A stretch of 15,831 nucleotides of DNA from an uncultured Clostridia bacterium (GTDB taxonomy: Bacteria > Bacillota > Clostridia > TANB77 > CAG-508), in the NCBI GenBank assembly GCA_963558405.1, contig CAUWGC010000023.1, positions 1-15,831 on the forward strand, written 5' to 3'. The notes beneath the pieces are model-generated. The model did not search any database, had not been told where the DNA came from, and saw only the letters and a program-made list of their open reading frames with translations. The translations under genes were made by a program, and so were the position numbers. Within the stretch, counting starts at the first letter, position 1. Every line of letters starts with the position of its first letter. This document shows, piece after piece, positions 1 to 9,076 of this stretch.

Positions 1-58
1 CATAAAAAAACAGATATTACAATAATGTTAACATAAAAAATACTTTTATCAAAAAACG

Positions 59-87
59 TTGACTTTTTCTATATATCATGATACAAT
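59..87 (+). promoter_or_regulatory. sigma-A promoter of rpsL (str) operon
   Basis: TTGACT (59-64), 17-nt spacer, TACAAT (82-87) preceded by TGn extended -10; RBS AGGAGGTG upstream of the GTG at 139. Confidence 0.8.
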
Positions 88-138
88 ATATTGCGTTATT
101 TTAGATATAACAACAAATAAATAGGAGGTGAAATTTAA

Positions 139-552
139 GTGCCAACAATTAATCAATTAGTAAGAAAAGGAAGAAAAACTTCTACAACAAAATCTACAGC
201 TCCAGCTCTTCAACATGGTTATAACTCTAGAAATAAAAGAGTAACAAACCATAGAGCACCACAAAAAAGAGGAGTTTGTACTGTTGTAAAAACTGTAACA
301 CCAAAGAAACCAAACTCTGCTTTAAGAAAAGTTGCCAGAGTAAGACTTTCTAATGGATATGAAGTAACTTCATATATTCCAGGTATAGGACATAACCTAC
401 AAGAACACAGTGTTGTTTTAATTAGAGGAGGAAGAGTAAAAGACCTTCCAGGTGTTAGATACCACATTATTAGAGGAACATTAGATACAGCAGGTGTAAA
501 AGACAGAATGCAAGCAAGATCTAAATACGGAGCAAAAAGACCAAAAAAATAA
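139..552 (+). CDS. rpsL: 30S ribosomal protein S12
   Basis: [12 protein letters not shown] start, [10 protein letters not shown] and [11 protein letters not shown] motifs; GTG start with strong RBS. Confidence 0.99.
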   Translation: MPTINQLVRKGRKTSTTKSTAPALQHGYNSRNKRVTNHRAPQKRGVCTVVKTVTPKKPNSALRKVARVRLSNGYEVTSYIPGIGHNLQEHSVVLIRGGRVKDLPGVRYHIIRGTLDTAGVKDRMQARSKYGAKRPKK

Positions 553-571
553 ACCGAATTTAGTAAAAAAT

Positions 572-659
572 TAGTGCATATAACTTACTAATTTTAAGGT
601 ACTTAAATTTAGAATAGATTATATAGCACTATACGGGAAAGAAATTTCCAGAGTACCGT
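572..659 (+). promoter_or_regulatory. structured RNA in rpsL-rpsG spacer, candidate ribosomal-protein autoregulatory element
   Basis: TAGTGC/GCACTA (572-577/626-631), ATATAA/TTATAT (578-583/619-624), inner stem 588-598/602-612, and a GGAAA-GAAA-TTTCC hairpin (636-649). Function is inferred. Confidence 0.5.
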
Positions 660-701
660 TGATATTTTTTAATATCATATAAAAATAAGGAGGGAAGAAT
701 A

Positions 702-1172
702 GTGCCAAGAAGAGGATTTATAGCAAAAAGAGATGTTTTACCAGATCCAATATATAATAGTAAAGTTGTTACAAAATTAGTAAATAATATTATGTTAGAT
801 GGTAAAAAAAGTATTGCTCAACAAATAGTTTATGATGCATTTGAAATCATAAAAGAAAAAGAGCAAAAAGATCCACTAGAAGTTTTTGAAGCAGCACTTA
901 ATAATGTAATGCCTGTTCTTGAAGTTAAGGCAAGACGTGTAGGTGGAGCAACATACCAAGTTCCATTAGAAATTCGTCCAGAAAGAAGACAAACTTTAGG
1001 ATTAAGATGGCTTGTAACTTATGCAAGAAATAGACATGAAAAAACAATGGCTGAAAAACTAGCTGGTGAAATATTAGATGCTGTTGCTGGAAATGGTGGA
1101 GCATTTAAGAAGAAAGAAGACACACATAGAATGGCAGAAGCTAATAAAGCATTTGCACATTATAAATGGTAA
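702..1172 (+). CDS. rpsG: 30S ribosomal protein S7
   Basis: MPRRG start, [11 protein letters not shown] and [13 protein letters not shown] motifs; GTG start with AAGGAGGG RBS. Confidence 0.99.
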   Translation: MPRRGFIAKRDVLPDPIYNSKVVTKLVNNIMLDGKKSIAQQIVYDAFEIIKEKEQKDPLEVFEAALNNVMPVLEVKARRVGGATYQVPLEIRPERRQTLGLRWLVTYARNRHEKTMAEKLAGEILDAVAGNGGAFKKKEDTHRMAEANKAFAHYKW

Positions 1173-1196
1173 TACTTAAAAAGGGGGAAATAAATA

Positions 1197-3281
1197 ATGG
1201 CAGGAAGAGAATTTCCACTAGAAAAAACAAGAAATATAGGAATTATGGCTCACATTGATGCTGGAAAAACAACTACAACTGAGAGAATTCTATTTTATAC
1301 TGGTAAAGTACATAAAATAGGAGAAACTCACGAAGGTGAAGCAACAATGGACTGGATGGCACAAGAGCAAGAAAGAGGTATTACTATTACTTCTGCTGCT
1401 ACTACTTGCCAATGGTTAGGTCATAGAATTAATATAATTGATACTCCTGGACACGTAGACTTTACAGTTGAAGTAGAAAGATCTTTAAGAGTTCTTGACG
1501 GATCTGTAACAGTTTTCTGTGCAAAAGGAGGAGTTCAACCACAATCTGAAACTGTTTGGAGACAAGCAGATAAATACCAAGTACCAAGAATGGCATATGT
1601 AAATAAAATGGATATTACTGGTGCTGATTTCTTTAATTGTGTTGAACAAATGAAATCAAGATTAAATGCAAATGCAGTACCAATTCAATTACCAATAGGT
1701 AAAGAAGATACATTTAAAGGTATTGTAGATTTAATCAAAATGAAAGCTTTTATTCATAAAGATGATTTAGGAAAAGAAATAGAAGAATGTGAAATTCCAG
1801 AAGAATTAAAAGCTGATGCAGAAAAATATAGATCACAAATGGTTGAAGCTGCAGCAGAACAAGATGATGAATTAATGATGAAATACTTAGATAGTGGAGA
1901 ACTTACAGAGGAAGAAATCAAAAAAGGTTTAAGAATAGGAACAATAGCTAATAAAATAGTTCCTGTAACTTGTGGTTCTTCATATAAAAACAAAGGTGTT
2001 CAAGAATTATTAAATGCAGTTGTAGATTATATGCCATCACCACTTGATATTCCACATATAAAAGGTGTTGATGCAGATGGTAATGAAGCAGAAAGAAAGA
2101 CAGATGATAAAGAACCTTTTGCTGCTTTAGCATTTAAAATTGCAACAGACCCATTTGTTGGTAAATTATGTTTCTTTAGAGTTTATTCAGGAACATTAGA
2201 TGCTGGTTCTACAGTATTAAATGCAAATAAAGATAAAAAAGATAGAATAGGAAGAATCCTATTAATGCATGCAAACCATAGACAAGATATTGAAAAAGTA
2301 TATGCAGGAGATATTGCTGCAGCAGTTGGATTAAAAGAAGTATCAACAGGTGATACTTTATGTGATCCAGCACATCCAGTAATCCTAGAATCTATGGAAT
2401 TCCCAGAACCAGTTATTGATATTGCTATTGAACCAAAAGATAAAGTAAATAGCGAAAAAATGGGAATTGGACTTGCAAAACTTGCAGAAGAAGATCCAAC
2501 ATTTAAAACATATACAGACCATGAAACTGGTCAAACAATTATAGCTGGTATGGGTGAATTACACTTAGACATTATAGTAGACCGTCTAAAAAGAGAATTC
2601 AAAGTTGAATGTAATGTAGGTAAACCACAAGTTGCTTACAAAGAAACAATTCGTCAAGCTGTAAAAGTAGAAGGAAAATTTATTCGTCAATCTGGTGGTC
2701 GTGGACAATATGGTCACGTATGGCTAGAAATGGAACCATTAGAACCAGGTTCAGGAATTCAATTTGAAAGTAAAATTGTTGGTGGTGTTGTTCCAAAAGA
2801 ATACATCAAACCAATAGAAGAAGGAATTAGAGAAGCTGCTGAAAGTGGTGTACTTGCTGGATACCCAGTAATAGACTTTAAAGCAACTTTAGTAGATGGA
2901 TCTTACCATGAAGTTGACTCTTCAGAAATGGCGTTCAAAATTGCTGGATCTATGGCATTTAAAGAAGGATGTCGTAAAGGTAAAGCAGTTATTCTAGAGC
3001 CAATTATGAAAGTTGAAGTTACAGTTCCAGAAGAATATATGGGAGATGTTATTGGTGACATCAACTCAAGACGTGGTAGAATGGAAGGAATGGAAGCAAG
3101 ATCAGGAAATCAGATTATTCGTGGATTTATTCCACTTTCTGAAATGTTTGGTTATGCAACAGACTTACGTTCTAAAACACAAGGTAGAGGAACATATAGC
3201 ATGGAACCATCTCATTACGAAGAAGTTCCAAAATCAATTTTAGAAAATATTGTTGCAACTCGTGGTAAAAAAGAAGAATAA
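1197..3281 (+). CDS. fusA: elongation factor G
   Basis: [19 protein letters not shown] and NKMD GTPase motifs; 694 aa; position in str operon. Confidence 0.99.
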   Translation: MAGREFPLEKTRNIGIMAHIDAGKTTTTERILFYTGKVHKIGETHEGEATMDWMAQEQERGITITSAATTCQWLGHRINIIDTPGHVDFTVEVERSLRVLDGSVTVFCAKGGVQPQSETVWRQADKYQVPRMAYVNKMDITGADFFNCVEQMKSRLNANAVPIQLPIGKEDTFKGIVDLIKMKAFIHKDDLGKEIEECEIPEELKADAEKYRSQMVEAAAEQDDELMMKYLDSGELTEEEIKKGLRIGTIANKIVPVTCGSSYKNKGVQELLNAVVDYMPSPLDIPHIKGVDADGNEAERKTDDKEPFAALAFKIATDPFVGKLCFFRVYSGTLDAGSTVLNANKDKKDRIGRILLMHANHRQDIEKVYAGDIAAAVGLKEVSTGDTLCDPAHPVILESMEFPEPVIDIAIEPKDKVNSEKMGIGLAKLAEEDPTFKTYTDHETGQTIIAGMGELHLDIIVDRLKREFKVECNVGKPQVAYKETIRQAVKVEGKFIRQSGGRGQYGHVWLEMEPLEPGSGIQFESKIVGGVVPKEYIKPIEEGIREAAESGVLAGYPVIDFKATLVDGSYHEVDSSEMAFKIAGSMAFKEGCRKGKAVILEPIMKVEVTVPEEYMGDVIGDINSRRGRMEGMEARSGNQIIRGFIPLSEMFGYATDLRSKTQGRGTYSMEPSHYEEVPKSILENIVATRGKKEE

Positions 3282-3314
3282 TTTTCTAAAAATATAGAAA
3301 AAATGAATAAACAC

Positions 3315-3343
3315 TTGCAAAAATAACCAAAATGGTATAAAAT
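3315..3343 (+). promoter_or_regulatory. internal sigma-A promoter for tuf
   Basis: TTGCAA (3315-3320), 17-nt spacer, TAAAAT (3338-3343) in the fusA-tuf spacer. Confidence 0.65.
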
Positions 3344-3416
3344 ACAAGTGCAAAAATTAGATTTTAAATTTAAAAATAGAGAATAAATCTCAAAAAATTA
3401 AAGGAGGAAATTTAAA

Positions 3417-4619
3417 ATGGCAAAAGCAAAATTTGAAAGAACAAAACCACACGTAAACATCGGAACCATTGGACACGTTGACCATGGTAAAACAACAACA
3501 ACAGCAGCTATTACAAAATATTTAAGTTTATTAGGAAAAGCTCAATATGAAGCATATGATCAAATCGACGGTGCTCCAGAAGAAAAAGCAAGAGGAATTA
3601 CAATCAACACTGCTCACGTAGAATACGAAACAGAAAATAGACACTATGCACACGTTGACTGCCCAGGACACGCAGACTACGTAAAAAATATGATTACAGG
3701 TGCTGCACAAATGGATGGTGCAATTCTAGTTGTTTCAGCAGCTGATGGCCCAATGCCACAAACAAGAGAACACATCTTATTAGCTAGACAAGTAGGTGTT
3801 AAATACATCGTTGTTTACTTAAATAAATGTGATATGGTTGATGACCCAGAACTATTAGAATTAGTAGAAATGGAAGTTAGAGACTTATTATCAAGCTATG
3901 ATTTCCCAGGAGACGAAATTCCAATCGTTAAAGGTTCATCTTTAAAAGTTCTAGAAAGTACTTCAACAGATCCAAATGCACCAGAATATGAATGCATGAA
4001 AGAATTAATGGCAGCTGTTGATAGCTATATTCCAACACCAGAAAGACCAGTTGATCAACCATTCTTAATGCCAGTAGAAGACGTATTCACAATTACAGGA
4101 CGTGGAACAGTTGCTACAGGTAGAGTAGAAAGAGGAGAAGTTAAAACTGGTGATGAAGTTGAAATTATAGGTTTAACTTCAGAAAGAAAGAAAACAGTTA
4201 TCACAGGTGTTGAAATGTTTAGAAAAACATTAGACCAAGCAGAAGCTGGAGATAACATTGGTGCTCTATTAAGAGGAATCCAAAGAGATGAAATCGAAAG
4301 AGGTCAAGTTTTAGCAAAACCAGGAACAATTAATCCACATACAAAATTCAAAGCACAAGTTTATGTTTTAACTAAAGAAGAAGGTGGAAGACATACACCA
4401 TTCTTCAATGGATATAGACCACAATTCTATTTCAGAACAACAGACGTTACAGGTGTTATTGAATTACCTGCTGGAACAGAAATGGTTATGCCAGGAGATA
4501 ACGTAGATATGGTTATCGAACTTATTACTCCAATCGCTATCGAAAAAGGATTAAGATTTGCTATCCGTGAAGGTGGTAGAACAGTTGGTTCAGGAGTAGT
4601 TGCTGAAATTATGCAATAA
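3417..4619 (+). CDS. tuf: elongation factor Tu
   Basis: [29 protein letters not shown] and NKCD motifs; AAAGGAGG RBS. Confidence 0.99.
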   Translation: MAKAKFERTKPHVNIGTIGHVDHGKTTTTAAITKYLSLLGKAQYEAYDQIDGAPEEKARGITINTAHVEYETENRHYAHVDCPGHADYVKNMITGAAQMDGAILVVSAADGPMPQTREHILLARQVGVKYIVVYLNKCDMVDDPELLELVEMEVRDLLSSYDFPGDEIPIVKGSSLKVLESTSTDPNAPEYECMKELMAAVDSYIPTPERPVDQPFLMPVEDVFTITGRGTVATGRVERGEVKTGDEVEIIGLTSERKKTVITGVEMFRKTLDQAEAGDNIGALLRGIQRDEIERGQVLAKPGTINPHTKFKAQVYVLTKEEGGRHTPFFNGYRPQFYFRTTDVTGVIELPAGTEMVMPGDNVDMVIELITPIAIEKGLRFAIREGGRTVGSGVVAEIMQ

Positions 4620-4624
4620 TATAT

Positions 4625-4659
4625 AAAAAAGGCGCTTAGGTAATAAGCGTCTTTTTTTT
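4625..4659 (+). terminator. intrinsic terminator after tuf
   Basis: AAAAAA-GGCGCTTA-ggtaa-TAAGCGTC-TTTTTTTT: GC-rich stem with one G-U pair and a long U tract. Confidence 0.9.
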
Positions 4660-4690
4660 GTAAAAAACTTGGAATGTTTGGTCAAAAGTA

Positions 4691-4719
4691 TTGCTTTTTT
4701 TGAAAATACATAATAAAAT
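4691..4719 (+). promoter_or_regulatory. sigma-A promoter for plsX
   Basis: TTGCTT (4691-4696), 17-nt spacer, TAAAAT (4714-4719). Confidence 0.6.
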
Positions 4720-4734
4720 GAATAAATCATAAGG

Positions 4735-4767
4735 AAATATTCATAATTAAAAATATTATGAATATTT
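4735..4767. repeat. perfect 13-bp inverted repeat in plsX leader
   Basis: AAATATTCATAAT (4735-4747), 7-nt spacer, ATTATGAATATTT (4755-4767). Confidence 0.75.
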
Positions 4768-4802
4768 ATAAGCTATATAAGTACAAATATGGGGGAATAA
4801 AA

Positions 4803-5834
4803 ATGGTAATATTATTAGATGCTATGGGAGGAGATAATGCTCCAGAGGCAACTATTAAAGGTGCTGTAGCAGCTATAAATCAAGTAGAAGCTGAAGTTAT
4901 TCTTATAGGACAAGAAAATATTATTTTATCCAAAATAAAAGAATATTATGGTAAAGATAAAATAGAAGAAATATCACCAAGACTTAAAATATATAATGCA
5001 ACAGAAACTATTGAAATGGAAGATATACCAACAATGGCTATAAAACACAAAAAAGATTCTTCTATGGTAGTTGGATTTAAATTATTAAAAGAAGGAAAAG
5101 GTGATGTATTTATTTCTGCAGGTAATTCTGGTGCATTACTAACTGGTGCTACTTTACTTGTAGGAAGAATAAAAGGAGTAGATAGACCAGCTTTAGCAGG
5201 TATTTTGCCATCATATAAAGGAAGATTAGTACTAATGGATTGTGGTTCAAATACCAATTGTAAACCAATAAACCTTTTACAATTTGCTCAAATGACTCAC
5301 ATATATTTAAAAAACACTCTAGGAACAAAAGAGCCTAGAATAGGATTATTAAATATTGGAACTGAAGAAACAAAAGGTAATGAACTTACTAAAGAAAGTT
5401 ATCAATTATTAAAACAAAAAGCACCAGAATATGGAATTAATTTTATAGGAAATGTAGAAGGAAGAGATGCTTTTTCTGGTGAGGTAGATGCAATTATAAC
5501 AGATGGATTTACCGGTAATATTTTCTTAAAAGCAGTAGAAGGACTAGGAAAACTAGTTAAAAAATCATTAACAGATAGTTTAAAGAAAAACTTTTTATCA
5601 ATATTAGGAGCTATACCATGTATGCCAGCAATAAAACGTTTTGGTAAAATGGTGGATTATAAAGAATATGGTGGAGCACTATTTTTAGGAGTAAAAAAAC
5701 CTGTTGTAAAAGCACATGGAAGTAGTGATGCTAAACTATTTGAGTTTACAATTAAACAAGCAGAACAATTTGTAAATAATAAAGTTGTAGATATTATGAT
5801 AGAAGAATTTGAAAAAGTAAATAAAGAAAACTAA
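4803..5834 (+). CDS. plsX: phosphate acyltransferase PlsX
   Basis: LDAMGGDNAP, SAGNSGA, RPAL, NIGTEETKG and KAHGSS motifs. Start moved to ATG 4803 (GGGGGA RBS at 4791-4796) from 4758. Confidence 0.97.
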   Translation: MVILLDAMGGDNAPEATIKGAVAAINQVEAEVILIGQENIILSKIKEYYGKDKIEEISPRLKIYNATETIEMEDIPTMAIKHKKDSSMVVGFKLLKEGKGDVFISAGNSGALLTGATLLVGRIKGVDRPALAGILPSYKGRLVLMDCGSNTNCKPINLLQFAQMTHIYLKNTLGTKEPRIGLLNIGTEETKGNELTKESYQLLKQKAPEYGINFIGNVEGRDAFSGEVDAIITDGFTGNIFLKAVEGLGKLVKKSLTDSLKKNFLSILGAIPCMPAIKRFGKMVDYKEYGGALFLGVKKPVVKAHGSSDAKLFEFTIKQAEQFVNNKVVDIMIEEFEKVNKEN

Positions 5835-5852
5835 AAATATTTATAAATACTA

Positions 5853-5881
5853 TTGACTTTTTTCAAAACATATAATATTGT
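5853..5881 (+). promoter_or_regulatory. putative sigma-A promoter for acpP
   Basis: TTGACT (5853-5858), 17-nt spacer, TATTGT (5876-5881). Confidence 0.45.
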
Positions 5882-5908
5882 TTAGAATAATAAATGTAAT
5901 AAACGTGA

Positions 5909-6163
<255 letters not shown>

Positions 6164-6176
6164 TAACAAAAGAATT

Positions 6177-6202
6177 GAAAGGTTATAATACCTTTCTTTT
6201 TT
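6177..6202 (+). terminator. intrinsic terminator after acpP
   Basis: GAAAGGT-tataat-ACCTTTC followed by TTTTTT. Confidence 0.75.
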
Positions 6203-6262
6203 ATTGTATAGTTATAAACATAAAAATAAAGTTAGTATAATACCTAAATTTACGAAAAATAG

Positions 6263-6291
6263 TTTCCTTTTTAATAAAAATAAGATATAAT
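6263..6291 (+). promoter_or_regulatory. putative sigma-A promoter for rnc
   Basis: Consensus TATAAT (6286-6291) with a weak -35 TTTCCT (6263-6268) at 17-nt spacing. Confidence 0.4.
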
Positions 6292-6310
6292 AGTAACTGG
6301 TGGTGATAAA

Positions 6311-6985
6311 ATGAAAATAGAAAAATTTGAAGAGGAAATAGGTTATTCTTTTAAAAATAAAAAATTATTAGAAAAAGCATTAACACATACATCATATGCT
6401 TATGAAAATAAAGTAGATAGTAATGAAAAATTAGAATTTTTAGGAGATAGTATTTTAGAATATATTTCTAGTGATTATTTATATAAAGATTATAGTAATT
6501 TATCAGAAGGAGAAATGACTAAAGTTAGAGCACAAGTAGTTTGTGAAGAGAGTCTTTATAAAATAGCAAAAAAGCATAATTTTAGTGATTTCTTATTCTT
6601 AGGTAAAAGTGAAGTTGTAAACAATGGAAAAGAAAGACAAAGTGTTTTAGCAGATTCAGTAGAAGCTGTAATTGCAGCGATATATTTAGATTCTGGAATA
6701 GAAGAAGCAAAAAAATTTATAATTTCTAATTTGGAAGGTCCAATTAATGAAGCTGTAAAACATGTAGGTCAAAAAGATTATAAAACTGTATTACAAGAAA
6801 AATTACAAGAAAATGGAATAGCTCATATTGAATATAAAATTATTAAAGAAGAAGGACCAGATCATGCTAAAACATTTACTTCAGAAGTAATATATAATGG
6901 AAAAATATTAGCAGTTGGAATAGGAAAAACTAAAAAAGCAGCAGAAATGGAAGCAGCTAAAAAAGCATTAGAAGAGGTTAGGTGA
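6311..6985 (+). CDS. rnc: ribonuclease III
   Basis: ALTHTSY, NEKLEFLGDS signature, ADSVEAVIAAIYLD, and C-terminal dsRBD (DYKTVLQE...GPDH...KKAAEMEAA). Confidence 0.98.
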   Translation: MKIEKFEEEIGYSFKNKKLLEKALTHTSYAYENKVDSNEKLEFLGDSILEYISSDYLYKDYSNLSEGEMTKVRAQVVCEESLYKIAKKHNFSDFLFLGKSEVVNNGKERQSVLADSVEAVIAAIYLDSGIEEAKKFIISNLEGPINEAVKHVGQKDYKTVLQEKLQENGIAHIEYKIIKEEGPDHAKTFTSEVIYNGKILAVGIGKTKKAAEMEAAKKALEEVR

Positions 6986-6991
6986 TATTTT

Positions 6992-8023
6992 ATGAAAAAG
7001 GAATATATTATTCCTATTTTTGTTCCACACTTAGGATGTCCAAATGATTGTACTTTTTGTAATCAAAAAACTATAAGTGGTCAAACAAAAATGGTAACAG
7101 CAAAAGATGTTAAAACAACAATAGAAACATTTTTAAATTACATAGGAAATATAGATGCACATAAAGAAATTGCTTTTTATGGTGGAAGTTTTACTGCAAT
7201 AGATAAAGAAAAGCAAGAAGAATTATTAGAAGCAGCATACCCATATGTAAATGAAAAAAAGGTAGATGGAATAAGAATATCAACAAGACCAGATGCAATA
7301 GATAAAGATATATTAAAAATGCTAAAAAAATATAAAGTAAAGACAATAGAACTTGGAGTTCAAACAAGTAATAATTACATATTAGAAAAAATAAGAAGAG
7401 GGCACACTTTTGAAGATGTAAGAAAAGCATCTAAATTAATAAGAAGATATGGATTTAAATTAGGACATCAAATTATGATTGGATTACCAGAAAGTACAAA
7501 ACAAGATGAAATAGACACAGCAATTGATTGTATTAAGTTAAAGCCAAAAATTGTACGTATTTATCCTGTTTTAGTAATAAAAGGTACAAAGTTAGCAAAA
7601 GAGCAGGAAGAAGGAAAATATGAGCCTTTATCAGTTGTACAAGCAGTTGAGAGATGTAAAGAAATAGTAATATTATTTAGAAAGAAAAAAATAGATGTTA
7701 TAAGAATAGGACTTCAAAGTACAGATACAATATCAAATCCAGAAAATGAAGCAAGCGAAGTAATTGCAGGTCCATATCATCCAGCATTTAGACAATTAGT
7801 TGAATCTAGTATTTGGTATGATGCAATATCAGAAAAAATAAAAAAGATAAATTCAAAAGTAAAAAAGATTCAAATATTGGCAAATGAAGAAGATATAAAT
7901 AATATAATTGGACACAAAAAAGAGAATATTAAAAAGTTAGAAGAAATTTACGAAGTAAAAGCAAAAGTTATAAAAAATGATAAAATAAAACAAGGTAAAT
8001 TTGAACTAAAAATTATAGAATGA
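6992..8023 (+). CDS. radical SAM protein (Elp3-like family typically found after rnc in Clostridia)
   Basis: CPNDCTFC CxxxCxxC motif, FYGGSFT, ISTRPD, IELGVQ and AGPYHPAF. Substrate unknown. Confidence 0.9.
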   Translation: MKKEYIIPIFVPHLGCPNDCTFCNQKTISGQTKMVTAKDVKTTIETFLNYIGNIDAHKEIAFYGGSFTAIDKEKQEELLEAAYPYVNEKKVDGIRISTRPDAIDKDILKMLKKYKVKTIELGVQTSNNYILEKIRRGHTFEDVRKASKLIRRYGFKLGHQIMIGLPESTKQDEIDTAIDCIKLKPKIVRIYPVLVIKGTKLAKEQEEGKYEPLSVVQAVERCKEIVILFRKKKIDVIRIGLQSTDTISNPENEASEVIAGPYHPAFRQLVESSIWYDAISEKIKKINSKVKKIQILANEEDINNIIGHKKENIKKLEEIYEVKAKVIKNDKIKQGKFELKIIE

Positions 8024-8051
8024 ATAAAATCACCTAATATTGCTAATAATG
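8022..8051 (+). promoter_or_regulatory. putative forespore sigma-F/sigma-G-type promoter for yitT-family gene
   Basis: GAATA (8022-8026), 15-nt spacer, GCTAATAATG (8042-8051); resembles G(Y/H)WTA-N15-GGnnAnAHTR with mismatches. Confidence 0.45.
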
Positions 8052-8068
8052 GTAATATAGGTGATTTT
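8026..8068 (+). promoter_or_regulatory. hairpin sequestering the RBS of the yitT-family gene (possibly also a terminator)
   Basis: AAAATCACCTA (8026-8036) pairs perfectly with TAGGTGATTTT (8058-8068), extended by 8038-8045/8050-8057; the SD AGGTGA is 8059-8064. Confidence 0.7.
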
Positions 8069-8069
8069 T

Positions 8070-8942
8070 ATGGATTATAAAAAAGCTAAAATATATATTA
8101 AGGTTAAAAATACAATAGGTGAAATATTGGTATTGTTATTAGGAAGTGTAATGATGGCTGCTGCTACTAGTTTTTTCTTACTTCCAAACCAACTATCATC
8201 AGGAGGATTTGCAGGTATTGCTACAATTACATATTATTTATTTAAGTTGCCAGTAGGAATTGTAATGCTATGTTTAAATGTTCCATTATTTATAGCAGCT
8301 TTTTTTTCAAAAGGTAAATTGTTATTTTTAAAATCTATAATTGGTACAATAGGGTTAACAACATTTATTGATTTATTTGATAGATGGAATGCTATAACAA
8401 CTGATCGATTGTTATCTTGTATTTATGGCGGAGTTTTAATGGGAATAGGAACAGCATTAGTACTTAAAGCAAATGGTTCTACAGGAGGAACTGACTTATT
8501 ATCTTATATTATTAGAAAATACAATCCTAAATATAGAAGTGGAACAATTATTATATTAATAGATACAATTATAATTATAGCTAATGTATTAGTATTTAAA
8601 GAAATAGAAATAGGGCTATATTCTGTTATTACAATATATCTAATGGGGAAAATGATAGATATTGTATTTGAAGGAATTTATTTTACAAAAATGATATATA
8701 TAATTTCGGAAAAATATGAAAATATATCAGAAGAGATAGGAAGTAAAATAGGAAGAGGAAGTACAGGCTTTTTTGCAAAAGGAATGTACACAGGAAAAGA
8801 AAAAATTGTACTTTTTTGTGTGGCTTCACGAAGTGAAATAGTACAAATAAAGCAAATTGTACAAAATATAGATGAAAGAGCTTTTATGGTTGTTACAAAT
8901 GCAAGAGAGGCTTTAGGAAAAGGTTTTAAAGAAACTAAATAG
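8070..8942 (+). CDS. YitT family membrane protein (DUF161/DUF2179-type)
   Basis: Multiple hydrophobic segments, SGGFAGIA, LNVPLF and GSTGGTD motifs, C-terminal GRGST..GMYTG...D.RAF..V domain. ATG 8070 follows AGGTGA. Confidence 0.92.
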   Translation: MDYKKAKIYIKVKNTIGEILVLLLGSVMMAAATSFFLLPNQLSSGGFAGIATITYYLFKLPVGIVMLCLNVPLFIAAFFSKGKLLFLKSIIGTIGLTTFIDLFDRWNAITTDRLLSCIYGGVLMGIGTALVLKANGSTGGTDLLSYIIRKYNPKYRSGTIIILIDTIIIIANVLVFKEIEIGLYSVITIYLMGKMIDIVFEGIYFTKMIYIISEKYENISEEIGSKIGRGSTGFFAKGMYTGKEKIVLFCVASRSEIVQIKQIVQNIDERAFMVVTNAREALGKGFKETK

Positions 8943-9013
8943 ATTGTGTAAATAATATAAAAAATAAATACAATAAGCAGTTATACCAATCGTTCGAAAA
9001 GAAAACTTTTCTA

Positions 9014-9042
9014 TTTACAAAAATTAATAAATGTGGTTTAAT
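9014..9042 (+). promoter_or_regulatory. sigma-A promoter for the acyl-activating enzyme gene
   Basis: TTTACA (9014-9019), 17-nt spacer, TTTAAT (9037-9042) with TGTG-n extended -10. Confidence 0.6.
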
Positions 9043-9076
9043 TAATAGAGTGATAAATAGAGGAGTGACAAGGTAT

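Noticed and set aside
139-552. Streptomycin-resistance substitutions in S12
   Set aside because: The PKKPNS and RVKDLPG motifs are wild type.
4758-4802. Longer N-termini from the ORF track (plsX 4758; likewise acpP 5915, yitT 8061, ligase 9050, carD 12059)
   Set aside because: In each case a clear SD lies inside or overlaps the extension and points to a downstream ATG.
6232-6247. TTAGTATAATACCTAA resembling a FapR or DtxR-type operator
   Set aside because: The spacing and right half do not fit TTAGTA-N5-TAnTAA, and it lies after acpP, upstream of rnc.
8984-9000. GTTCG half-site suggesting a LexA box or degenerate 0A box
   Set aside because: The matching GAAC half-site is absent and the 0A match is imperfect.
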